A DNA stretch of 44,236 bases, from assembly GCA_030141605.1 (NCBI GenBank), contig JAQGDQ010001365.1, positions 1 through 44,236 on the forward strand, given 5' to 3'. A program made the translations under genes and the position numbers. The notes under the pieces were generated by a model. That model was not told where the DNA came from. It searched no databases and saw nothing but the letters and a program-made list of their open reading frames with translations. Origin of the DNA: Tubiluchus corallicola. Lineage: Eukaryota > Animalia > Priapulida. Below, piece by piece: positions 10,918 through 20,591 of the stretch. Every line of letters starts with the position of its first letter. The stretch's first letter is position 1.

Positions 10918-13245
10918 ATGTATGCGGGTTACGCAGATGTGGCCATGTACACTCAGTGCACAGACGACGGTAGGGGAGTGGTGCCAATGCTGGATCTGTT
11001 TCCGGCTCGAGCATTTGATCTGTTGCCTAAACCTACCAGCGTGGAGCATTGCAATCCGTGGATCAGTGGAGCAACCTTCGAGGACGATTTCATTTTTGTT
11101 GCAGAGTTTTCTGAAATAGAGGGTCCAAAACCGCTGATGACCGTTCCGTACGACGGCGGCGGAACTTTCGACCAAAACGCGTTCGCGATTCGCATTCTTT
11201 CGGCGGATTATCACAATTCGGTAAGCACGGAGTTCCGGCCGGTGCGTGATACGCAAGTCGTTCTGTCTCAGGTGCAAGAAGGTGCGGTGGCGTACGTGCA
11301 TTACTTCACGCTGTACGACATTCGTGCCAGAGGGTTTGTCAGGCCTTTCTGCGTTTCTTACGTCACTGCGGACAAGACAAAAATAACCAAAAACTTTGAG
11401 GAACTGCGAAACGCCTTCTTGGAAGTGCTAAAGCACTTTAAATACAGAAACTTGAGATTGTTCACCAACGATCTGGAAAACCGAGTCAAGGGCACGAGAG
11501 ATGTTGATGATGATGACAACGTGGATAGTTTCGGTTCTTATTCAGACAGTTTCACAAACGGTTCTTCGTGTAGGTCGTTTGATTTGAAACTGAGAACTTT
11601 GGAAGAGCTCTGCGACTGGAACGGCCACGAAGGTGTCGAACTGCTGCGCTTAATTCACCGCCATTTTAGCAGAGACTCGTTGGTACTGATGCTGGAGAAA
11701 ATGCACCTTTTTCTTCTGAAGCCCACCGCCGGATTGCTGACGTTTGGAGGTTGTATGGCATTAAATGTTTTGGGTGGTGTCTCAGATGTGCTTAACAAGG
11801 ATCAAAGTACCTTGTGCTGTAAGTCCGATGCTGGTGGCCGTAGGTATAGTATTGACAGCAGTGGCAGCAGCACGGATGAGTCAGACATCGAAGTTCTAAC
11901 GGACAATGGTCAGTACTCGTCGCCCACAAATCTAGAATATGTGACTGCACGCATTCAGCACTTGATAAAAGATCTCTCCGAGCAAAATTCCAAATGTCAC
12001 ACGACGCCGAATTCCGACTACGGCCACAACGACTCTCTTCCTAGTCAAGGAGGTGCGTTGGGAAACGGCGACTTGCCGTCCGTGAGCCGCGTTCCAACAC
12101 GGCTGCCGGAGGAGTCGTTCGAATCCGGCGACAGCTTCCGGATCTGCACGCCGAATTCGTCCTGGTGGAACACGGGTATGGAATGCTTCTACAGGAACAC
12201 GGCAAACATAAGTCCGGTTAGCTTTCAGCAGGACGCTACGTCTCTTTCATCGTCGGTCGATTCCAGTCGGCAAGAATCCGTATGCGATCCTCAGAGTCCG
12301 TCGCTCCGTTTCTCCCAGACCGGCGGCACGATCGCTTCCAAATACTGGCACCTGAACGCGGACGCTGCAAACGAGTTTGATATGAAATGCGACAGGTATA
12401 CTCAGTTGGTTTTGTGCGGCTCAATGGGAAAGACATTGGCTTGCAAACTTCACAGGACGTATTGCATTGCCGTTGCTAACTTCACCGATCAGTGCTTTCG
12501 TCTGACTAAGGCCACTCCTGGCTACGGTATCAGACATTTCCTGAATCACTTCTCTTTCACTGTGCACATGATATACTGTTTGTTGAGCGGTCGGCCGTTG
12601 CTCGTCGTGGGTCCGGACACCATGGAGGCGGAAGTACGGGCGACGGTACTGACGCTGTCCATGTTCGTACCGGGTAATAACATCAGCAAGAGCGTGATAC
12701 CGTGGTACACCAGGAAACTAAAGCTAGGCGATCTCGGTTACTTCCGGCTGGTCGGACTTTGCGTAAACGACGAGGACGGCGTCGATTCCAGGATGAGCGC
12801 GACGGTCCGACAGTACGTCTCCGTATTCCATTACCGGAACAGGACCTTGAAGACGCCGCGCTATTCCGGGAAAATGCTCAGTTGTCTCAACGAAAAGCGG
12901 AGCTTCAAGACGGACGGCGCACTGATCACGTTCCTTCAAACGCTGCTGTGCGAGTTGTCGCTAAAAGCTTTTCTCTACTTTCACACATTTTGTGCGCAAT
13001 TGTCGACGACCAACAAACTGGACCTTGCCACTCAGCCGGATCGAAAGACGGTCGCGGCGTTTTTGAACAAGACGGGCGTCAGCGGTTCAGATGTGGACAT
13101 TGTCCAGTATTTGGGCGAAGTGGTAAAACTTCAGCTCAAAGACGAACACTTCAGCACGTTGAACCTGCGCGAAGACAACAATCAGCTACCTGACATGACA
13201 ATCAGTTCCAGAAGAGGCAGCAGAGAAAGATGTTCCGTTAGTTAG
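10918..13245 (+). CDS. SMCR8: SMCR8 homologue (longin/DENN protein, partner of C9orf72-WDR41), uninterrupted 775-aa ORF
   Basis: DFIFVAEFSEIEGPKPL, EGAVAYVHYFTLYDIRARGFVRPFCVSY, FDLKLRTLEELCD and CLLSGRPLLVVG match motifs I recall from SMCR8. Start context is CAAACATG, preceded by a candidate acceptor TTTTTTCAG at 10895. GC content is clearly higher than the flanks. Confidence 0.93.
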   Translation: MYAGYADVAMYTQCTDDGRGVVPMLDLFPARAFDLLPKPTSVEHCNPWISGATFEDDFIFVAEFSEIEGPKPLMTVPYDGGGTFDQNAFAIRILSADYHNSVSTEFRPVRDTQVVLSQVQEGAVAYVHYFTLYDIRARGFVRPFCVSYVTADKTKITKNFEELRNAFLEVLKHFKYRNLRLFTNDLENRVKGTRDVDDDDNVDSFGSYSDSFTNGSSCRSFDLKLRTLEELCDWNGHEGVELLRLIHRHFSRDSLVLMLEKMHLFLLKPTAGLLTFGGCMALNVLGGVSDVLNKDQSTLCCKSDAGGRRYSIDSSGSSTDESDIEVLTDNGQYSSPTNLEYVTARIQHLIKDLSEQNSKCHTTPNSDYGHNDSLPSQGGALGNGDLPSVSRVPTRLPEESFESGDSFRICTPNSSWWNTGMECFYRNTANISPVSFQQDATSLSSSVDSSRQESVCDPQSPSLRFSQTGGTIASKYWHLNADAANEFDMKCDRYTQLVLCGSMGKTLACKLHRTYCIAVANFTDQCFRLTKATPGYGIRHFLNHFSFTVHMIYCLLSGRPLLVVGPDTMEAEVRATVLTLSMFVPGNNISKSVIPWYTRKLKLGDLGYFRLVGLCVNDEDGVDSRMSATVRQYVSVFHYRNRTLKTPRYSGKMLSCLNEKRSFKTDGALITFLQTLLCELSLKAFLYFHTFCAQLSTTNKLDLATQPDRKTVAAFLNKTGVSGSDVDIVQYLGEVVKLQLKDEHFSTLNLREDNNQLPDMTISSRRGSRERCSVS

Positions 13246-13372
13246 GTAACTAGTGGCCTGCGAGGGTGACGTGTGGCTCCCTCATGTGGCTCGAACGCAA
13301 GTTTAATGTTAAGCGTCTTGTATAAATGCTTGCACAATATTTAGTGTGATAAGTTTTTTGCAGTACCATATA

Positions 13373-13757
13373 CAGTCAACCCTCGTTAAACCGGACTAAT
13401 TGGGTGGTTTGGTCCAGTTTAGCCGATTGTCCGATTTATCTGATATGCCTATATATGGTCTATATTATGCAGGAATAATCACCTTAATAAGGCCTATATA
13501 CATTGCACTATATACTGTGCACTATATACTATACTGTATATTACTTTAAAATAGTTAACCTGTGAGGATAAACAAATTATTGAACAGTTTAAATAAAAAA
13601 TGACGACGGCCCGTCAATGGCTCGTGGTGAGTTGGTAGGCCGTGTTGCGTTTAGCGCTCGTGCTCGGTCAGAAATCGGTCAGTTTCCTTTACCACGGATG
13701 ACGTCCGTCTTATCCGAAATACGGGCTAACGGGGTCCGGTTTAACGAGGGTCGACTG
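13373..13757. mobile_element. Tc1/mariner/pogo-type MITE just downstream of SMCR8
   Basis: TA|CAGTCAACCCTCGTTAAACCGGAC ... GTCCGGTTTAACGAGGGTCGACTG|TA. A second, inverted copy is at 30097-30913. Confidence 0.9.
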
Positions 13758-13792
13758 TAAGGTGAAACGTTTTGCCTTTTTCATAAGCATAA

Positions 13793-14382
13793 TAAAATGA
13801 AGATAACAGCCAGCATCCACTTAAGCAAAGACGTGGCTTTTATTCAGACACAAACATCTGTAAAACTTTGACCAGTTATGGTCATGGTTTACCTAAGTAT
13901 CCACCTAAATACTATGCAGTGTATAAAACTTACAAGAAGCAGCCCTGTGAGAGGCAAACAAGACAAATGCAGTCAACCTCGGATATAAAGGACACCTCCG
14001 GACTGGAAAAAATCCTCCCTTATATCCGATGTCCCATACAGCCGAAGTCGTGTCAGACCGAGTTACACCAGTCTTGATCCTCGATGCTGATTCATTCGGT
14101 ACTAGAAATGTACTTGAGAGCAGAATGTTCTTCAGCAACTGAAGAACATGAGGAATTGTAAATTGAGATGTATATTTCACGTACGCGTGGGGTCTCAGCA
14201 TAGGCTTTTTAGGATGTAAAAAATATTTGATGATAGGGTCCCATATATGCGGGGTTAATTTTCCTGGGTTTCGATTACGCGAGACCTGAAGATATCTTCC
14301 CTTATAACCGAAAGTCCCTTTTATCCGAGTACCTTATATGCGAACATTTTTACAATGGATGCTGGCTGTCATTCTCATTTTA
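13793..14382. mobile_element. Inverted-repeat-bounded segment containing a pogo-like MITE remnant
   Basis: TAAAATGAAGATAACAGCCAGCATCCA pairs with TGGATGCTGGCTGTCATTCTCATTTTA. An internal CAGTCAACCTCGGATATAAAGGAC end lies at ~13969. Confidence 0.5.
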
Positions 14383-14791
14383 AAAATTCATTTTCCCTAT
14401 CACCTATCATATTCTTAAGCATAATAAGTTTTGAACGGACGAGTGAGAACCGATTAGTTTGCTAGTTGAACGCAAACTTTAAAATGTGATGCGAATCATG
14501 TGATTTTTGCTATTTTGCATATAATATTTTTCACATTATAAGCAAGTTCATTAATATTTAAACACATAATAAGTACACAGACGTTGAAAGACTATTAATT
14601 TATACCTCTATAGTAAAACAGCTAATGTACTTGCATCATAGTTTTTGCATTTTTATCTACGAAGCTGTGCTAATGTAGGATCACGTCACTTTATCAAATA
14701 CTTGTATTATTATTAGCCGATCTGCATAAAAGTCCAATTATCGTATATACTTATGTACAAGTCAGTCAGTCAGTCAGTTAGTTAGTTAGCT

Positions 14792-15577
14792 ATCGTATAT
14801 ACTTACGTACAAGTCGAATTTTTGGGAGGCAATTTTAAGGTGAAATTTTTGGGATCAACGTAAACTTACGATGTGTTTTTGGGAGATGTCGCTAAAGAGT
14901 CGTCTACAATATGAATATGTAAAGAAATAATCCTTCATTATACGCTGGACTGAATGAACACACACACTGTGATACTTCACATCAGAGAATGTTCGCATCT
15001 TGACATTACTTCACAAAATTAACAAATATTACTTTAATTTATTTTAATGTATGTGAAATTAAGTTAAAATTTATATATTACCGCTAAATAAACTAGCGAC
15101 GGAGCCCTTGATCAGAACATGGAAATCGCTAATGATGTTACTGAATAAAACTGTGACGTTTCAGGGATGGGTTTTTAGTTTTAAGTGAGAAATCAGCGAC
15201 TGAAATGTTACGACGGATCCTGGCCGCGATATCCTAGAGTTAAAGGCATTACAAACAATTATGAAAGGCCAGGCTGCATTATCATGGATTGCATTGAGGG
15301 TCTTCAATATGAATACACACGCACACACACACGCGCACACACACACACATACACATATATACATACACCAAGTAGGTATAATATACTCAGTCCAGGCACT
15401 TGCACGTATCTTACACACGAACACAGTAGGCTATTGATTTACTACTCGGCCATTGTTGACATCATTTACTCTGGAAGATCTTAATATTTTATGGTCGACT
15501 TGTACACAGGTGATATACAAAATGATGCTATTTTTGGTCTTAAAATGCACATCGACTTGTACACACGTATATACGGT
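14792..15577. mobile_element. Degenerate Tc1/mariner-type MITE
   Basis: TATCGTATATACTTACGTACAAGTCGA ... TCGACTTGTACACACGTATATACGGTA. The left end is also duplicated at ~14738. Confidence 0.55.
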
Positions 15578-15648
15578 AATTGCTCACTGCAATACTCCTG
15601 TCGACAATAGTAGTTTTTTGGTGACCACTTTTAATATTATGCCTTATG

Positions 15649-16176
15649 CAGGGCCGGATTATGATGTTCCGGGGCTCCTAAACGCTAGTGAAATTATGGG
15701 GTGCCACACAGACGAAGCCACTCTCTAACTTGCTTGCACTCCTCTCAAATATTCTTTTACTTGAGATGTATTTGAGCAACATCTGCATAGCTGGGGGCTC
15801 CATATTTCAAATAAAAGGCCTAAAAGGGATCCTTTACCTCCAGTGAAGAGTCATTTCAAAATTGGATTTTCAGTAATAATAATAATCTTTATTTAAAGTT
15901 TGCTTTTGGGTCAACAATTAACATTAGCTCAAAGAGCTATTATCGCCGACTGTAAATAACAACCTACAAATAGATAACAGAGACTACTATTACCCCACTT
16001 TTACCCTAAATAGCACGTGGCAGGCAGGGCAACAACAAGTACCATTTTTAAAGTCTTTGGTATGACCCGGCTGCTGGTTCGAACTCACGACCTCCCAGAC
16101 GGAAAGCAAACGCATTGCCAATAGACTAAACCATCTAATCGTCTAGTCTTCTAGCCTATAGGCTAATCCAGCCCTG
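15649..16176. mobile_element. hAT-type MITE carrying a SINE insertion
   Basis: TIRs CAGGGCCGGATTA ... TAATCCAGCCCTG. The flanking 8-mers GCCTTATG/GCACTATG match at 6/8. A related copy is at ~18871-19794. Confidence 0.65.
15874..16132 (-). mobile_element. tRNA-derived SINE (central domain resembles MetaSINE as I recall it)
   Basis: The minus strand reads a tRNA-like head with B box GAGTTCGAACC, then GGGTCATACCAAAGACTTTAAAAATGGTACTTGTTG, and ends AAATAAAGATTATTATTATT. Confidence 0.75.
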
Positions 16177-16718
16177 GCACTATGGTTGTGTTATGATTAG
16201 TGCCTAAACTACATGTGAAGATTACGATGCATTGCATAGAGCTTGACCGAAATAATACTTCTTAAAACTGTACTACTATTACTGGTATATAACAATACTT
16301 TATTGCCTAGATAGTAAAAATTATAACTAGAATTAGTAGTAGCACATTGTAGTGCTTTTAATATCAGAAATCAAGTACTTAGACCACATAATTGTAAGTA
16401 TTAAAATTTTTTGGTCTTTCTGATACGGTGCCAAGATAAAGAGATGTGTTAGTTCTCTCTCAGCTATAATTACAGCAGATAAATCAACTTAATAATATCG
16501 GTATAATATTATTGCTAAAGTTTTTAAACCTGTTTATCTTTATTATTTATTAAAAGTGAATTAATCTTTGTCAATTATTGGAGTCTTTGTTTAATGCAAT
16601 GCATTAAATTATAATCCGATAAAATAATAAGGCCATTTTCACACAGTTCTTATTCAAGCATGTACAACTGTCAGAACTAAATCGACGAAAAAATATATTC
16701 TAACTGCTTGTTTAACAA

Positions 16719-17127
16719 TAGGTGTGAGCATTCTCTACCAGAAACCGAATTCGAATCGAACTGAATTTGTGACATTCGAATCGAACCGAACTTCAGTGTT
16801 TCGAATTCGAATTGATATTGAACGATTTTCGAACTAGTTTTCGAACCACCAGTAAAAATTAGTCTTACAAAGATCATGCGTATCACTAGATTTTGTTCTG
16901 CAATGAAACGACTAATAATTTGTTTAAAGTTGTGCACAGAAATAATAACTAAATTATGCTAATTGCATGATGTTTCAATCGTTTTAATGATCAGGAACAT
17001 ATGTGATTGAAGTGATGAATTATTCGAATCTATAGTTTTGGATTCGAATCGAGTTCGAACTAAAAAAACTCGTTCGAATCGAATTCGATTCGAATGTTCG
17101 AACTCGAACGTTCGATGCTCACCCCTA
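16719..17127. mobile_element. hAT-type MITE with repeated TTCGAA subterminal motifs
   Basis: TAGGTGTGAGCAT ... ATGCTCACCCCTA, with 8-bp flanks TTTAACAA/TTTAACAG. Confidence 0.75.
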
Positions 17128-17287
17128 TTTAACAGTAGAAAAATAATTATATTTAATCATTAAATAATTAGCTTTGTATCTTTAAATTATTGTTAATTTT
17201 TATTGCGCGAGTTGATTTCTTGAATCATTTATTAAATTTATTTTTATATCATTTCAATGACCAAAGTTGTTGCAGGTTTCACTAGTG

Positions 17288-18183
17288 CAGGGCCGTCTTA
17301 ACGCACGGGCAAGCTGGGCAGTTGTCCGGGGCTCCACGAATATAGGACCCCCATACCAATCGACGTATTTATGACTTGCTGTCAGTAAATAAACAAGATG
17401 CTATACTAAACTATAAATATTCATTATTGTGTCACAAATGTTTGTGCTGATAGTAAATTGTTCATAGTAATTTCATACTGTATCATCTCCGTCTGTAAGG
17501 TTTCCGGGTTGAGTTTCATTTATATGTAGAAATTTCTGTTTTTTAATGCATAAACTTTGTGGAGAGAGAGAGAGAGAAAGGGAGGACACAGAGATAGATA
17601 GAGAAAGAAAGGGAGAAGAGGAGGAGAGAGAGAGAAAGAAAGGGAGAGAGAGAGAGAAAGGGAGGACACAGAGATAGATAGAGAAAGAAAGGGAGAAGAG
17701 GAGAGAGAGAGAGAAAGAAGGGAGAGAGAGAGAGAAAGGGAGGACACAGAGATAGATAGAGAAAGAAAGGGAGAAGAGGAGAGAGAGAGAGGACAGAAAG
17801 AGAGAGAGAGAAAGGGAGGACAGAAAGAGAGAGAGCGAGAGAAGGGAGGAAATAGAGAGAGAGAAAGTGAGAAGAGAGAGAGAAAGGGAGGAGAGAGAGA
17901 GAGCTATGGCATAGCCAGAAGACGCTATCACTCACTTTATCTGACTTTTATTGACTTTTTCTATGTTACCTTGTTCAAATGTTTGTATTGATTAATCTTC
18001 CCTGTACAGCGTGTTTTTAAATGTTTAAACACTGATTTTGTTCGAGGTACCAATACAATAAACGTATGTTTAATCTTATCAACCATTTACATTCTTATTC
18101 CTGTGAGTGGTTGTGTAGGTAGGGGTCCCCCAGTGCACTCCTTTGCGGGGGGGGGGGTATATAGTGCTGTTAAGACAGCCCTG
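17288..18183. mobile_element. hAT-type MITE with an internal GA-rich expansion
   Basis: CAGGGCCGTCTTAAC ... GTTAAGACAGCCCTG, with flanks CACTAGTG/CACTGTTG. Confidence 0.7.
17561..17903. repeat. Polypurine (GA)n compound microsatellite with ~80-bp higher-order unit
   Basis: The block GAAAGGGAGGACACAGAGATAGATAGAGAAAGAAAGGGAGAAGAGG recurs three times, followed by degenerate copies. Confidence 0.9.
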
Positions 18184-19109
18184 CACTGTTGTGGTTTGTA
18201 TATTTTGATATAGTATGTTTATAAGTATATAGTACTGATATAAGTATGTTTATATTTCACAACTTTTAGCTTATTATTGAGCTTTCATTGTTTATCAAAT
18301 TTATGATAATAAGAGTCACGTTTTGTAGCACTCGCCATTTGTAATATTTAAATATGTATAGCTGTGTATGTAGTAAAGTAATTAATTAGCTTCCAAAGCC
18401 ATAATGAAAAAATTGAAAAACACTGTACTTTAGTACTCTATTGTAAACAATAGAGAAAGAAAATGAGTAATAGTTGTTAGAGTTTATAACTATATGATCG
18501 GCATTTCGTTTTGTATTTCTCTGCTTCTGAAAACAGCTAAGAATTGTGTACCAAATTGTGAGAGTTTACCAAACAAAAAGATTTGCGAAGTTCTGCTATG
18601 CCATGCTTTTTCGATTCCTTTGCAGCGGTTTTTTTGTTTGTATTGCCTCCTGGCAAATAGCAATACGGGTGCTCTTCATATGCTGAAATCTTCAAGATCC
18701 TCTAATTTAATTGATCAAATTTTTGTTATAAACACCGTATTAATATTATACAAATAAATTAATATGCTTAAATCGTAACAGTAAAATGGCAGCTTATACT
18801 TTTATTAATTTTCCAGTCAAACCTCTTTGTGCCACTTATTTTAGGAATGTAAAAAAGTTGGTGTCGTAGCCAGAGCCAGATTATTGGCTAATGAAATTAT
18901 GGGCCACTCTGACAGAGACATCCTCTAACTCTTGAATATTTTTTACTTACATACTATATACTCAATCAATCAATTTGTTTCACTGCAGCAGTTCATATAC
19001 AATACATCAACATGCAATATTATTGAAAAAAAGAAACAGTATAGGTAAAAAAACGTTAATGAAGTCAAATTAACCAAATGAAAGAGCTGCTGTATGACAC
19101 CTTGAAAGC

Positions 19110-19490
19110 TTGGCTTGCTAGGGTGGCAGAAATGAGTGAATGAAAGAATGGTTAGGGTTAGTAAATATGATGGAATGAAAAAATAGTAAGATTAGGGATA
19201 GGAAGAAGGAAGGGAGGGGAGAATGAGTGAATGAAAGAATGGTTAGGGTCAGAAGAAATGATAGAATGGAAAAAATAGTAAGATAAGGGATAGGAAGAAG
19301 GAAGGGAGGATGAGTGAATGAAAAAATGGTTAGGGTCAAAAGAAATGATGGAATGGAAAAAATAGTAAAATTAGGGATAGGAAGAAGGAAGGGAGAGGAG
19401 GATGAGTGAATGAAAGAATGGTTAGGGTTGGTAGACATGATGGAATGAAAAAATAGTAAAATTAGGGATAGGAAGAAGGAAAGGAGAAGA
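19110..19490. repeat. ~90-bp purine-rich tandem array, ~4 copies
   Basis: ATGAGTGAATGAAAGAATGGTTAGGGT...TTAGGGATAGGAAGAAGGAAGGGAG repeated. Confidence 0.9.
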
Positions 19491-20401
19491 AACGACCATA
19501 CTACTTTTTACTATATATATTTTAGCGACATGTACATAGTTTGAAGTACGTTTATTGCAACTTCTTAAAATACACTAGAATAGCTATCTTTTGTTTGTCA
19601 ATAAAACATTCCTTAAGAAATGCCACCATATTACTATTTACTGCAGACAAAAGTAACACATATTTCAACGCATGCGTAGTGGAAAAACAGTTTTTTTAAT
19701 CAAATAATTTAATCTTACCAAAACTCGAGGATCTTCCGAGCTTCAAGGGCCATAGGCTGCAGTCTATACTAGCCTATAGACTAACCCGGCTTTGGTTAGA
19801 GCGAGTTTGGCATTAATAACGGTGGGGGGGGGGGCATGTCTTCAGATGCATAGGTTGGCATTGTAATGAGGGGGGGGGGCGTTAGGATATTGCAACGAAT
19901 ATCCAAGACAACCCAGAATGGTACAATATTTTGCCTGAATGGCTTAAAGGCATCTCACGACTCGTGATGCGTAAAGGCACTGATGCTTCGTTACCTGTAG
20001 TACCGCTGTACATGTTCAGGTAAACTTGGTCAATGAACTGAGTTCTGTTCGCTACTTGATCACTAGATGTGCCAGTGTGAGGTAGCCCCGCCGCTACAGT
20101 AAAAAGTTTTCTAATTGATGTGAGACCGAAAAATTAAGCAGCAAAATTATTGCGTGAATTCATTATTACAAGAACAAGGACGGTGGTTAACTGTGGAATG
20201 TTGTTATAATAATAATAATCAGCACAGCTTTTTATAATTGTGTGAAATGTGGACGGACTTCAACTGCTTTTACGGACGCGAAACTCTGACCTGCTAGGCC
20301 AGACAAAACTTCAGACGAAATTTTCAGTACAATGAAAAACAATAAAAATCACTAAAGCTTCACACTTACGAGTTTTGAAGATTTCCGTTATCAACAAGAG
20401 T

Positions 20402-20591
20402 ATGTTTGGTTTGGCGCCGAGATGGTGGTCGCGTTCAACTCTCTCTAAACATGCTGCTTATTTTAACAATTTCGTCATTGGTATTTTTGTTGGAGGCCTA
20501 GTTGGTACACTTCTCCTATCGCAGCGAGAGGAGATATGTCCAGTATCAAAAACTACAAATATTGTGGGGAAGTCTGCCAAAGGTGACCAAG
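20402..20591 (+). CDS. C1GALT1: C1GALT1-like exon 1 (cytoplasmic tail and transmembrane anchor)
   Basis: MFGLAPRWW...[16 protein letters not shown], with donor CAAG|GTAAGG in phase with exon 2. Confidence 0.75.

Noticed and set aside
10912-13193. Overlapping ORFs within SMCR8 (e.g. 12702..13193 +, 10912..11301 -)
   Set aside because: These are shadow frames of GC-richer coding sequence with no independent support.
16060-16132. Functional tRNA gene
   Set aside because: A B box is present but there is no convincing cloverleaf, and it continues into a SINE body and tail.
17473-17935. Ser/Leu-rich minus-strand ORFs
   Set aside because: They are translations of the GA microsatellite.
19110-19490. 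Interstitial telomere
   Set aside because: TTAGGG occurs only as isolated hexamers inside a 90-bp unit.
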